The notes below the pieces were generated by a model. It ran no database searches, was not told the DNA's origin, and saw nothing but the letters and a program-made list of their open reading frames with translations. Positions 35,240-49,677 of a stretch of 64,000 nt of DNA are shown one piece after another. The position numbers were made by a program, and so were the translations under genes. The DNA is from the human T2T-CHM13v2.0 reference genome, Homo sapiens. The stretch is taken from the NCBI RefSeq assembly GCF_009914755.1, contig NC_060930.1; one strand, 5' to 3'. The stretch's first letter is position 1. Each line of letters begins with the position of its first letter.

Positions 35240-38200
35240 TTATGGACTTTTTTCGTTGGTAAGCAATTAATTATTGCCTCAATTTCAGAGCTTGTTATTG
35301 GTCTATTCAGAAATTCAACTTCTTCCTGGTTTAGTCTTGGGAGGGTGTATGTGTCGAGGAATTTATCCATTTCTTCTAGATTTTCTGGTTTATTTGTGTA
35401 GAGGTGTTTATAGTATTCTCTGATGGTAGTTTGTATTTCTGTGGGATCGGTTGTGATATCCCCTTTGTCATTTTTTATTGCATCTATTTGATTCTTCTCT
35501 CTTTTCTTCTTTATTAGTCTTGCTAGTGGTCTATCAGTTTTGTTGATCTTTTCACAAAACCAGCTCCTGGATTCATTGATGTTTTGAAGAGTTTTTTATG
35601 TCGCTATTTCCTTCAGTTCTGCTCTGATCTTATTTATTTCTTGTCTTCTGCTAGCTTTTGAATGTGTTTGCTCTTGCTTCTCTAGTTCTTTCAATTGTGA
35701 TGTTAGGGTTTCTATTTTAGATCTTTCCTTGTTTCTCTTGTGGGCATTTAGTGCTATAAATTTCCCTCTACACACTGCTTTAAATGTGTCCCAGAGATTC
35801 TGTTATGTTGTGTCTTTGTTCTCATTGGTTTCAAAGAACATCTTTGTTTCTGCCTTCATTTCGTTCTCTACCCAGTATTCATTCAGGAGCAGGTTGTTCA
35901 GTTTCCATGTAGTTGAGTGGTTTTGAGTGAGTTTCTTAATCCTGAATTCTAGTTTGATTGCACTGTGGTCTGAGAGACAGTTTGTTATAATTTCTGTTCT
36001 TTTACATATGCTGAGGAGTGCTCTACTTCTGACTATGTGGTCAATTTTGGAATAAGTGTGGTGTGGTGCTGAGAAGAATGTATATTCTGTTGATTTTGGG
36101 GTGGAGAGTTCTGTAGATGTCTATTAGGTCTGCTTGGTGCAGAGCTGAGTTCAATTCCTGGGTATCCTTTTTAACTTTCTGTCTTGTTGATCTGTCTAAT
36201 GTTGACAGTGGGGTGTTAAAGTCTCCCATTATTATTGTGTGGGAGTCTAAGTCTCTTTCTAGGTCTCTAAGGACTTGCTTTATGAATCTGGGTGCTCCTG
36301 TGTTGGGTGCATATATATTTAGGATAGTTAGCTCTTCTTGTTGAATTGATCCCTTTACCATTATGTAATAGCCTTCTTTGTCTCTTGATCTTTGTTGCTT
36401 TAAACTCTGTTTTATCAGAGACTAGGATTGCAACCCCTGCCATTTTTTGTTTTCCATTTGCTTGGTAGATCTTCCTTCATCTCTTTATTTTGAGTCCATG
36501 TGTGTCTCTGCACATGAGATGGGTTTCCTGAATACAGCACACTGATGGGTCTTGACTCTTTATCCAATTTGCCAGTCTGTGTCTTTTAATTGGAGCATTT
36601 AGCCCATTTACATTTAAGGTTAATGTTTCATGTGTGAATTTGATCCTGCCATTATGATGCTAGCTGGTTATTTTGCTCATTAGTTGATTCAGTTTCTTCC
36701 TAGACTTGATGGTCTTTACAATTTGGCATGTTTTTGCAGTGGCTGGTACTGGTTGTTCCTTTCCATGTTTAGTGCCTCCTTCAGGAGCTCTTTTAGGGCA
36801 GGTCTGGTGGTGACAAAATCTCTCAGCATTTGCTTGTCTGTAAAGGATTTTATTTCTCCTTCACTTATGCAGCTTAGTTTGGCTGGTTATGAAATACTGG
36901 GTTGAAAATTCTTTTCTTTAAGAATGTTGAATATTGGCCCTCACTCTCTTCTGACTTGTAGAGTTTCTGCCGAGAGATCAGCTGTTAGGCTGATGGGTTT
37001 CCCCTTGTGGGTAACCCGACCTTTCTCGCTGGCTGCCCTTAACATTTTTTTCCTTCATTTCAACTTTGGTGAATCTGACAATTATGTGTCTTGGAGTTGC
37101 TCTTCTGGAGGAGTATCTTTGTGGCATTCTCTGTATTTCCTGCTTTTGAATGTTGGCCTGCCTTGCTAGGTTTGGGAAGTTCTGGATAATATCCTGCAGA
37201 GTGTTTTCCAACTTGGTTCCATTCTCCCTGTCACTTTCAGGTACACCAATCAGACATAGATTTGGTCTTTTCACATAGTCCCAGATTTCTTGCAGGCTTT
37301 GTTCATTTCTTTTTATTCTTTTTTTTCTCTAAACTTCTCTTCTCACTTCATTTCATTCATTTGATCTTCCATCACTGATACCCTTTCTTCCAGTTGATCT
37401 AATCAGCTACTGAGGCTTGTGCATTCATCATGTAGTTCTCATGCCTTGGTTTTCAGCTCCATCAGGTCCTTTAAGGACTTCTCTGCATTGGTTATTCTAG
37501 TTAGCAATTCATCTAATTTTTTTTTCAGTTTTTTAACTTCTTTGTGTTGGGCTCGAACTTCCTCCTTTAGCTCGGATAAGTTTGATTGTCAGAAGACTTC
37601 TTCTCTCAACTCATCAAAGTCATTCTCCATCCTGCTTTGTTCCATTGCTGGTGAGGAGCAGCGATCCTTTGCAGGAGGAGACGCGCGCTCTGATTTTCAG
37701 AGTTTCCAGATTTTCTGCTCTGTTTTTTCCCTGTCTTTGTGGTTTTACCTACCTTTGGTCTTTGATGATGGTGACGTACAGATGGGGTTTTGGTGTGGAT
37801 GTCCTTTCTGTTTGTTTGTTTTCCTTCTAACAGTCAGGACCCTCAGCTGCAGGTCTGTTGGAGTTTGCTAGAGGTCCACTCTAGACCCTGTTTGGCTGGG
37901 TATCAGCAGCGGAGGCTGCAGAACAGCGGATATTGGTGAGCAGCAAATGTTGCTGCCTGATTGTTCCTCTGGAAGTTTTGTCTCAGAGGAGTACCCGGCC
38001 ATGTGAGGTGTCAGTCTGTCTCTACTGGGGGGTGCCTCCCAGTTAGGTTACTCAGGGGTCAGGGACCAACTTGAGGAGGCAGTCTGTCCATTCTCAGATC
38101 TCCAGCTGCGTGCTGGGAGAACCACTACTCTCTTCAAAGCTGTCAGAGAGGGACATTTAAGTCTGGAGAGGATTCTGCTGCCTTTTGTTTGGCTGTGCCC

Positions 38201-38309
38201 TGCCCCCAGAGGTGGAGTGTACAGAGTCAGGCAGGCCTCCTTGAGCTGTGGTGGGCTCCACCCAGTTCGAGCTTCCAGGTGGCTTTGTTTACCTACTCAA
38301 GCCTGGGCA

Positions 38310-38486
38310 ATGGCAGGCACCCCTCCCCCAGCCTCACTGCTGCCTTGCAGTTTGATCTCAGACTGCTGTGCTAGCAATGAGCGAGGCTCTGTGGGCATAG
38401 GACCATCTGAGCCAGGTGCAGGATATAATCTCCTGGTGTGCCATTTGCTAAGACCATGGAAAAGTGTAGTACTAGGGTGGGAGTGA
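38310..38486 (+). pseudogene. L1 antisense ORF0 remnant, 58 aa, frameshifted near the C-terminus
   Basis: MAGTPPPASLLPCSLISDCCASNERGSVGIGPSEPG matches the primate L1 ORF0 N-terminus. Confidence 0.85.
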
Positions 38487-38736
38487 CTCAATTTTCCAGG
38501 TGCCATCTGTCACCCCTTTCTTTGACTAGGAAAGGGAATTCCCTGACCCCTTGTGCTTCTTGGGTGAGGCGATGCCTTGCCCTGCTGTGGCTCATGCTGG
38601 ATGTGCTGCACCCACTGTCCACCCACTTTCTGACACTCCCCAGTGAGATGCACCCAGTACCTCAGTTGGAAATGCAGAAATCACCCATCTTCTGCATCGC
38701 TCAGGCTGTGAGCTGTAGACTGGAGCTGTTCCTATT

Positions 38737-38749
38737 CAGCCATCTTGGC
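38737..38749 (-). promoter_or_regulatory. YY1 site at the L1 5' end (sense promoter)
   Basis: Minus strand reads gccAAGATGGCtg at the element start. Confidence 0.8.
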
Positions 38750-39659
38750 TCCACGTGTTTTCTGACTTTTTAGTGATTGCCATACAACTGTGTGAGATGG
38801 TATCTCATTGTAGTTTTGATTCGCATTTCTCTAATGACCAGTGATGATGAGCTTTTTTTACATATGTTTGTTGGCCACATAAATGTCTTCTTTTGAAAAG
38901 TGTCTGCTCATATTCTTTGCCCACTTTTTGATGGGGAGTTTTGTTTTTTTTTCTCGTAAATTTGTTTAAGTTCTTTGTAGATTCTGGATAGTAGCCCTTT
39001 GTCAGGTAAATAGATTACAAAAATTTTCTCCTGTTCTTTAGGTTGTCTGTTCACTCTGTTTATAGTTTCTTTTTGCTGTGCAGAATCTCTTTAGTTTAAT
39101 AAGACCCCATTTGCCAATTTTGGCTATTGTTGCCATTACTTTTGGTGTTTCAGTCATGAAGTCTTTGGCCATTTCTATGTCCTGAATGTTATTGCCTGGG
39201 TTTTCTTCTAGGGCTTTAGGTCTTACGTTTAAGTCTTTAATCCATCTTGAGTTAATTTTTGCTTAAGGTGTAAGAAAGCAGTCCAGTTTCAGTTTTCTGC
39301 ATATGGCTAGCCAGTTTTCCTAACGCCATTTATTAAATAGGGAATTCTTTCCTCATTGCTTGTTTTTGTCAGGCTTGTCAAAGATCAGATGGTTGTAGAT
39401 TGTGGGTGTTATTTCTGAGGCCTCTGTTCTCTTCCATTGGTCTATATATTTTGCGAACAGTACCATGCTGTTTTTGTTACTGTAGCCTTGTAGTATAGTT
39501 TGAAGTCAGGTAGCATGATGCCTCCAACTTTGTTCTTTTTGCTTAGAATTATTTTGGCTATGCAGGCTCTTCTTTGGTTCCATATGAAATTTATAGTAGT
39601 TTTTTTCTAATTTTGTGAAGAAAGTCAATGGTAACTTGATGGGGATAGCATTGAATCTA

Positions 39660-39965
<306 letters not shown>

Positions 39966-40496
39966 TTAAGGAGATTTTGGGCTGAGACGATGGGATTTTC
40001 TAAATATACAATCATGTCATCTGCAAACAGAGACAATTTGACTTCCTCTCTTTCTATTTGAATATGCCTTATTTCTTTCTCTTGCCTGATTGCCCTGGCC
40101 AGATCTTCCAATACTATGTTGAGTAGGAGTGGTGAGAGAGGGCATCCCTGTCTTGTGCCAGTTTTCAAAAAGAATTCTTCCACTTTTTGCCCATTCAGTG
40201 TGATATTGGCTGTGAATTTATCATAAATAGCTCTTATTATTTTGAGATATGTTCCATATAACCTAGTCTGTTGACAGTTTTTAGCATGAAGGGGTGTAGA
40301 ATTTTATTGAAGGCCTTTTTTTTTTGGATCTATTGAGATAATCATGTGGTTTCTGTCATTGGTTCTGTTTATGTGATGGATTAAGTTTATTTATTTGTAT
40401 ATGTTAAACCAGCCTTGCATCCCAGGGATGAAGCTGACTTGATTTTGGTGGATAAGTTTTTTGATGTGCTACTGGATTTGGTTTGCTGGTATTTTA

Positions 40497-40733
<237 letters not shown>

Positions 40734-42789
40734 CTATTAATTACTGCCTCAATTTCAGAATTTGTTATTGGTCTGTTCAGGGATTTGAATTCTTCCTGGT
40801 TTAGACTTGGGAGGATATATGTATCCAGGAATTTGCCAATTTTGTCTAGATTTTATTGTTTATTTGTATAGAGGTATTTATAGTATTCTCTGATGGTAGT
40901 TTGTATTTCTGTGGGATCAGTGGTGATATCCCTTTTATCATTTTTTATTGCATCTATTTAATTCTTCTCTCTTTTCTTCATTAGTCTGGCTAGTAGTCTA
41001 TTTTGTTGACCTTTTCAGAAAACCAGCTCCTGTATTCATTGATTTTTTTTTTGAAGGGTTTTTTATGTCTCTATCTCCTTCAGCTCTGCTCTGATCTTAG
41101 TTATTTCTTGTCCTCTGCTAGCTTTTGAATTTGTTTGCTCTTGCTTCTCTAGTTCTTTTAATTGTGATGTGAGGGTGTCAATTTTAGATCTTTCCTGCTG
41201 TCTCTTGTGGGCATTCAGTGCTATAAATTTCCCTCTAAACACTGCTTTAGCTGTGTCCCAGAGATTCTGGTACATTGTGTCTTTGTTCTCATTGGTTTCA
41301 AAGAACTTATTTATTTCTGCCTTAATTTTGTTATTTACCTAGTAGTCATTCAGGAGCAGGTTGTTCCATTTCCATGTAGTTGTGGGGTATTGAGTGAGTT
41401 TCTTAGTCCTGAGTTCTAGTTTGATTTCACTGTGGTCTGAGAGACTGTTTGTTATGATTTCTGTTCTTTTGCATTTGCTGAGGAGTATTTTACTTCCGAT
41501 TATGTGGTCAATTTTAGAATAAGTGCGACATGGTGCTGAGAAGAATGTATATTCTGTTGATTTGGGGTGGAGAGTTCTGTAGATGTCTTGGTTCCATAGC
41601 TGAGTTCAAGTCCTGAATATCCTTGTTAATTTTCTGTCTCATTGATGTGTCTAATATTGACAGTGGGGTGTTAAAGTCTCTTACACTATTATGTAAGAGT
41701 CTAAGTCTCTTTGTAGGTCTCTAAAAACTTGCTTGAATCTGAGTGCTCCTGTATCTGGTGTGTATATATTTAGGAGAGTTAGCTCTTCTTGTTGCATTGA
41801 TCTGTTTACCATTATATAATGCCCTTCTTTGTCTCTTTTGATTTTGTTGGTTTCAAGTCTGTTTTATCAGAGACTGGGATTGCAAACCCTGTTCTTTTTT
41901 GCTTTCCAGTTGCTTGGTAAATATTCCTCCTTTCCTTTACTTTGAGCCGACGTCTGTCTTTGCAGGTGAGATGGGTCTCCTGAATACAGCACACCAATGG
42001 ATATTGAGTCTTTATCCAATTTGCCAGCCTGTGTCTTTTAATTTAGACATTTGGCCAATTTACATTTAAGGTTGATATTGTTATGTGTGAATTTGATCCT
42101 GCCACTATAATGCTAGCTTGTTATTTTGCCTGTTAGTTGATGCAGTTTCTTGTCATTTGTTCTTTTATGTAATGGATTACGTTTATTGATTTGCATATGT
42201 TGAACCATGCTTGCATCCCAGGGATGAAGCGGACTTGATCATGGTGGATAATCTTTATGTGCTGCTGGATTTGGCTTGCCAATTGACTGCATCTAAGTGT
42301 CACTGGTCTTTACAAATTGGCTTGTTTTTGCTGTGGCTGGTACTGGTTGTTCCTTTCCATGTTTAGTGCTTCCTTCAGGAGCTCTTGTAAGCAGGCCTGG
42401 TGGTGACAAAATCTCTCAGCATTTGCTTGTCTGTAAAGGATTTTATTTCTCCTTCACTTATGAAGCTTAGTTTGGCTGGATATGAAATTCTGGGTTGAAA
42501 ATTCTTTTCTTTAAGAATGTTGAATATTGGCCCTCACTCTCTTCTGGCTTGCAAGGTTTCTGCAGAGAGATCCACTGTTAGTCTGATGGGCTTCCCTTTG
42601 TGGGTAAGCCACCCTTTCTCTCTGGCTGACCTAACTTTTAAAAATAGATATAGAGCTATTCAGATTTTTCCATTTCATCTTTTGATAGTTTTGGTAAATT
42701 ATGTTTTTCAGGGCATTTGTGCATCTTATCTAAGTTGTAAAATTTATCATCTTAAAATAATAATAACATATTTCATACTGATTCTTTTA

Positions 42790-43312
42790 TTTCACTTTTT
42801 CTTTCCAACTTTTATTTTAGGTTCAAGGGGTACATGTGCAGGTTTGTTACATGGGTAGATTGTGTGGGGGTTTAGTATACAAAACAATTTGTCACCCATG
42901 GAGTCAGCCTAATATCCAATAGGTAATTTTTCAATCCTCCCCTTCCCTCCTCCCTCCACACTCAAGTAGGCTCCAGTGTTTATTAGTCCTTTCTTTGTGT
43001 CCATGTGTAACTCAAGGTTTAGTTCTCACTTATAGGTGAGAACATGTCATATTCAGTTTTTTGTTCCCTTGTTAATTTGCTTAGGATAATGGCTCCGGCT
43101 CCATTCATGTTTCTTCAAAAGATATGATTTCATTCTTCTTTATGGCTACATAGTATTCCATGGTGTATATGTACATTTTCTTTATCTTGTCTAGTGTTGG
43201 TGAGCATCTAGGTTGACTCCATGTCTTTGATATTGTGAATAGTGCTGTGATGAACATACACATGCATGTATCTTTGTGGTAGAATGATTTATATTCATTT
43301 GGGTATATAACC
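42790..43312 (-). mobile_element. L1PA15/16-type 3' end
   Basis: 'ccaacttttattttaggttcaaggggtacatgtgcaggtttgttacatggg'. Confidence 0.88.
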
Positions 43313-44475
43313 ATGAAACATGTTTTTATCTACAAATGCTCAACAGCCATGTGCGGCTAATGGCTACTGTTATGACAATACAGTTCTAGAACTTTCATTG
43401 TCTTTTACAAACCTGCTTCTGACTCTGATTTTCTTTCCTGTGTATATGCTCCATGCAGCAGTCAAATTGAACTCTATTTTCATATTTGTGAATCATCCAA
43501 GTTATTTTGCTACCTTCTCTTTCTCCTGTCTTATATCCATGGAATGCTATTCTCTCCTTTGCGTTTCCAAATTCTGCAAGTGCTTTTGGGCTTTTTTCAA
43601 ATGCCATCTGACCCACGAGATCTTATCTTCCATAACATGAAGTAAACTTTCACCTCTCTGACTTTCTATAGACTATTTTCTATGATGTCACTTAGCAATC
43701 TTAATTTTTGTACACATCCATCATATCTTCTTTACTAGGTTGTAAATTCTTGAAAGCAGGCACTGTATTTTCTTCTTTGTGCCACACATAAATCTTAACC
43801 TTATACCTTGCTCATGAATGTGTTTACAGAATGCTTAATGAATGATATGTTAAATTCTTTGTGAAGGTGATTATATTAACTGAGCTGAGAAATGATTGAA
43901 AATAGTTAAAAATGAAAAAAGTGCAATTGTTTGTGTATTATTTCTGAATTTATGTAACATTGAAAACAGTGCTTTTAAGTTAGCAAAAAATATTCCTTTA
44001 CCAAATGCGACATACTCATGGCTTATGTAAAGAATTTATAAGGACTTAATAAGAGCCAGGAGAATACTTTCATAGATTACTTCGCAATCACCTTGATTAG
44101 CTTTTTATTGAAAGAGGATGCTGCAGGATGTTACTTTTATTTTACTTAATAGTTCCTTGCTAAGGACCACAGGAAATCAGGAAGAACCTCCCTGCCTCTC
44201 CAGACCCCTCTGTGGGCTATAAAACTATGCTTTCTCTTTTGTTTTACATTATTATTTCCTTCAAGGTGACAGGAAGCTTGATATTGGTGTAATCCTTTCA
44301 TGATAGTGTCTCTTCATAAATTTTCTTTGGACTTATTCTTACCTTGTAAAATAAATTTTTTCTAACAGAAAAGCTTAAGAATCTGTTAATCCATGCACCA
44401 AGTTTTCATATTCTAACCCAGCTTCTTTCTTTCTCTTGGACATAACTTAAGGAAAATTTCTCTTTGGTCACTGAG

Positions 44476-44889
44476 TATAGCAGATACCGTCAGTGCTTCA
44501 TCCATCTCCCTTGGGATCCCCTTACCATTTTCAACCATGCCAGCCTACTTTCAACATCTAGGACCTTTGCACAGCAGGGTGGAAGTACCTAAAAATTAAA
44601 GTACTCCTGAGGGCAGCCCCTACTCAATGACTGATGGATGTGGGGGCAAATATACTCCAGCTTCCTCAACCCTTTGCTGGGAGGCCTGCGTTGTACACTG
44701 TCTTCTAGAACTTCCCCCATCACCCACTTGAGTCGTGTACTATGCTTGCTGCCTTAATAATGCTTCCTTTATTGTTTGCTTTCCCTGTGTCACCTGCTCT
44801 GTCCAATGTGGGCATCCCTACCCTTCTTAAATCTAGATGCATTCAATCTCTGACCCAACCTCCACTTCCTGGAGAACTCAAATAAGACA
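44476..44889 (+). mobile_element. ERVL solo LTR (LTR16-like)
   Basis: 'gggcagcccctactcaatgactgatgga...ccagcttcctc'; ends 'gagaactcaaataagaca'. Confidence 0.7.
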
Positions 44890-45251
44890 CTGAGCTATCA
44901 AGGATTTAAAGTCATTAGCATGGTTTCTATTCTCACTACCTCTCTTTCCCTCTCCTTCCCCACTCTTTTCTGCTTCCTTCTCTTTTTCCTGTGACTTTCT
45001 TTTCCTTGTCCAATATACAGTATATACAGTATATAATTTATGCCAGTCACTGAATAATAGACATGAAAGGCAGTTTCCTTGTCCTCAAGAATCTCAGAAT
45101 CTATTCATGGAGACAGAGCAGTAAAGAAAATATTACAATGCAGAGTGGTAAGTATGCTAAGATAGAGAGAAATAAAAGGTGTTACCAGAATGAAATACAG
45201 AGAGAAATACAGGGCATCAGAAAAGGAGTTGATGCCCAGATTGTTTTAAAG

Positions 45252-45408
45252 TAGTTATTCTCAAACTCTGGTCCCTTTTACTAGCATCAGCATCACCTGG
45301 GAACTTCCTAGGAATGCATATTTTCAGAGCTAACTCAGACCTACTGACTCAAACTCTGATGGTGGGACGTAGCAATCCATATTGCAACAAACTCTCCCAC
45401 CATTCTTA
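45252..45408. mobile_element. MER5A (hAT-Charlie)
   Basis: 'ttctcaaact...agcatcagcatcacctgggaacttcctaggaatgca...agacctactgactca'. Confidence 0.8.
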
Positions 45409-46624
45409 GGTATTTATTTCACTTCACCAGTGGCTCTTGGAATCACCTTCCAAATAAACATTTGCATAGTCTCAGTCAGCCTCTGGAGGTACCTAAATTA
45501 AAACAGCACTCTTGAACTACTGAAAGTTTTAATTACCTGGGGCTGTTTTGGATTATTGCAGTCTAGTTACATAGCAGGTTTTCCATTGAATTATGTTGAA
45601 TTATATTCCACTGAATGTAGCATGAAATCTCTGGTTTGGCTCTTTTGTTTTTTTTATACTTTCCTTTTTAACTTCTAAAAAAAAAAAAAAACTATTTCAG
45701 CCTACTGTTGATTGTGTTAACACTAGTTTTTAGTGTTTGACCTTTTTTTGAGTAACAAAAGATTCTACCGAAGCTTGTTTCAACTTATTACTACAAATAT
45801 CCTCATCAGACTGAATGAAGAAAATGATGTTGGTTTTGATAAAACACCTGTGAAAGCCATTAAGAGAAAGTTATTTATTCCAAATACTTAATTCTAAATT
45901 TGAAATTACTGAAGCTCATGCACAGGTTTGGTCATGTTGATACTAGAAGACAAATTTTTACGTGGACTGCTGTCGGGTAACCTTCCACTAATCAAGAACC
46001 ACCCCACACAATATGAATCTAGTGGGAGAAAAAAAAAATAATCTTGAAGATTTGGAGTGGCATCAGAACAACACATGGCTGATTACTTAAGAAAAAATCT
46101 CTTATGATTGTTTTATCATTTTAAGTTTACAATGAAAAAACCTCCTTGGTTTGACTGGTCATTAAGTGGTTTCCTCTTTATTATATGAGGCTGGCATGTC
46201 ATAATAAAAATATCTCAGCAATTTGTACATAATACTGTAAATCCCAGCAGTAAAAGTGTTTGACAGTCTCATTACCAACATCATTAGAGAAGAATAAATA
46301 GAAACACATACTCAAACATAAACTACTAGCAGAGTTCTGAATGATTTCTTATATTCTTACAGTTTTACTAATCTTATTTTCTAAAGTGTAAAATCATGGC
46401 GTGATCATTCTATGGAGATATACTCATCCCTTTTTCATTTTATACTCAATAATTTTTATTACACACAAGACATGTAGACCAATTTAATTTGCATATCATA
46501 GGAACAGTTAGTTGACCTAAATTATGTAGATTTAGATTGGTCTCTCCCCAAACTAGATTCCCTCCTTATCTTCCTATATACAGAGTTATTATTACTTTCA
46601 TGGGAATCCAGATTGAAAATTAGA

Positions 46625-47051
46625 GTTTTATCTTTGACCCCATCTGTCATAGCCAGCTCTGCTTGCCATAACAAAATACCATAGACTGTGTGGCTTAAAC
46701 AACAGAAATGTATTTCTCACAGTTATGCAGGCTGGGAAGTCTAAGATCAAGATTCTGGCAATGTAGGTTTCATTCTGAGGCCTCTCTTCTTAGCTTGTAG
46801 GTAGCTGCTACTACACTGTGTGTTCACATGACTTTTTCTTTATGGCTGCTGGGGGTGGTGGAGAGAGAGAGAGAGAGAGAGATCTCGTGACTCTCCTTAT
46901 AAGGGCACTAAATCCCATTATGCCCCTCATGACCTTATCTAACCCTAACTATCTCCCAAATGTCCCATCTCCAAATACCATCACATTGGGGTAAGATCTT
47001 CAATGTATGAATTTAGTGGTAGAGCGGGACATGAACACTCAGTCTGTAGCA
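46625..47051 (-). mobile_element. MLT1A-type LTR with internal (GA)11, inserted in L2
   Basis: 'ccataacaaaataccatagactg...ggcttaaacaacagaaatgtatttctcacag'. Confidence 0.88.
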
Positions 47052-49284
47052 ACACCCTTTTCTTCTCAGTTACCAAGTTTTATCACAAAGTCTTTATGAT
47101 AATGCATTCTTCTGGCCCTTTCCATTCTGATTATAAGCATTTGAATTCAGAACCATTATTACTTGGTATCTGGGCTGCTGCACTAACTTTTAAATGACAA
47201 TTACCTTTAAAAATTTTTAATCTACCCTTTTCCCCCAGTTTTCATATCAATCTCTTTAAAATGACTTGTATTATGTCAGTGCTAGCTGAAAAATGTCGAT
47301 GATCCCCCATTGTCTGTAAGGTAAGGTGAGAGTGCTTGGCCTGGCCAAAGACTCCTACAATCATTCCACATATCTTCCTTTCCAATCCCATTTCCCTCTG
47401 TTCTCACCTTCCCTCTGTTCAGACATATTAGTGGCCCATGGAACAAATAACCCTATGCTCCTGTAAGTCTCAGTCTCAGTTCTACGCCTTTCACACGTGG
47501 CAGTCCTCCCACGTCCCTCCCCACCTGTCTAAATTGCAGTTCTACATCAGCTGGACTCCTTCAAGAATCACGGCATTCTTAGGCAAATGTGTTCTATACT
47601 TGTCATTTGGCATTTTTACCCTATTATGTAAATATAAGTAAATGCACCCAAAACAATACATAGTATCTCTGTGTATATTTCTTAATTTAAGTGAATGAAA
47701 TCACTCCATTCTTATCATCCCACAACTAGGTGTTTGTTTTGTTTTTAATTCAACTATTCATCAATTTGCTTTTCTTCAGTTTTATTTGCATGGATTTACT
47801 TGATTCTCTTTATTTGTATATATGTCACTGTATGACTATATTATGTTTTAATATTAGTCTCTTCCCATGCATTTTATTTCCAATTATTTGCTAACCAAAA
47901 ATGTTTATTAAATTTCTTGGTACATGTGTTCTTAGACATATCTTCTGAAAGTTATGTTCTACTAGATTATGTATAGGTGCATTTTCAATTTTGCTACACA
48001 TTGCCAACTGATTTTCCAAAATAGCTGTATAAATTTGTACTAGTATCAGTATGAAAGTTTCTGTTTCTGAAAGTACTCATCAGCTTTATTTTTTAACCAA
48101 CATTCTGGTTGCATATGTATGTCTTGTTTTAAATCATAATTTTCTTGATTACTCATGAAGCTGAGAATCTATTCATCCTTATTTGCCACAAGTGTTTCAT
48201 CTTCTATGAATTGCCTAGACATATCTTTTGGCCACCTATTTCCTGTTTATATTTTCTTAGTAATTTGAAAATGTTTCTCGTGTATTCTTTAATATATACA
48301 CTGTAAATATCGTCTACAATTTTATTACATCTCTTTATATTGTTTGATGTCCTCTGTCATATATATTTAAATTTTGATGAAAAATCAATTTAAAGTAATT
48401 CTCAATTATAGCATTTATCACAATCTGATGTTTTATTTTTCTTAAATTTGTTTATTACCAGTCTTTATTCACTAGAATGTAAGCTCCATGAGACCAGAGG
48501 CAACTATCTTGAAATGGTGAGAACTTCTCATGACACCTAAGAGATGCTCAGGAAAGTTAATTGCATGAATGAATAAATGGATGAAAGAGACTCTTCATTG
48601 GAGAAGGAGAGATGGAGAGACTCATCATGGCTACTGAGAATGCCTAGGTCTCTCAGTATAGTGTTGGTTCTTGTATGCTTTCACTACAGTTCTGGCTCTT
48701 GGGTTTTTCAAGATATTTCTACATTCTTGTAATAATTCACTCCCCTTCCCCACTCTACCTGCCTCTTAATCTGGTTTGAGTGGATTTATTACTTTCAACC
48801 AAAATAACTTGGACCAAGATGCACTTCTTTAGAGGGTAGCTTCATGGGTTAGGAATATATCTAGTCTATTCACTATCCTCAGTACTCAGAGGAATGTCTG
48901 TGATACTGGAGGATCTCAATTAAATGTTTAATAAATGAAGATGGAACCTGTTGAAATTTTTATTACATTGCATTTGTAAATTAATTTGGATAGAATTGAC
49001 ATCTTTATAGTCTTCCTAGCCATTAACATGGCATAACTCTCCATTGATTTAAGCATTATTTCCTGTTCTTTAATGATTTTAGCTGTGAAGAAATTGACAT
49101 ACATTCTTTGATTTATAGTTAACTATTTTATATTCTGATTTTTATTTAGAATGGGATCTTTATTTTAAAAATTTTTTGAATTGAACTTTGCTAGCTTTAG
49201 AAATATTAATTTTCTCTGTTGTCTTATCCTAACAACTTTCCTGGATTCTTGGAATTTTTTTCATAATTGAAAATAAGAGTAACA

Positions 49285-49525
49285 ATATTGGTCACTTTTT
49301 GCATACCAGGCTCAGTTCTAGGCACATTATATGTATTAACGCCTTTATTTCTCAGAAAAACACTATGAGAACGTATTACTAACACCTTATTTTACAGATA
49401 AAGAAACTGCTGCACAGAAAAGTAAAGTAACTTGCCCAAGTTCATACACTAAAAAGCAAAATCAGGATTTGAACTTATTTGGGCTGGCCTCAGAATTTGT
49501 TCTCATGAATATCATGCAGTACTCT
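49285..49525 (-). mobile_element. MIR
   Basis: Core 'attttacagataaagaaactgctgcacagaaaagtaaagtaacttgcccaagttcatac'. Confidence 0.85.
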
Positions 49526-49677
49526 ATATTTATAGTCATTTTATTTGCATATAATGCTAATTTTATAAATTTCAGTCCTTATTTCTAATTTATTTTCCTT
49601 GTATTATGATGTTGGGTAGGCTCTTTAGTGCCATATTGAAGAGCAGAGGGTGACTTTCACTGTAAATTTTAGATAGG

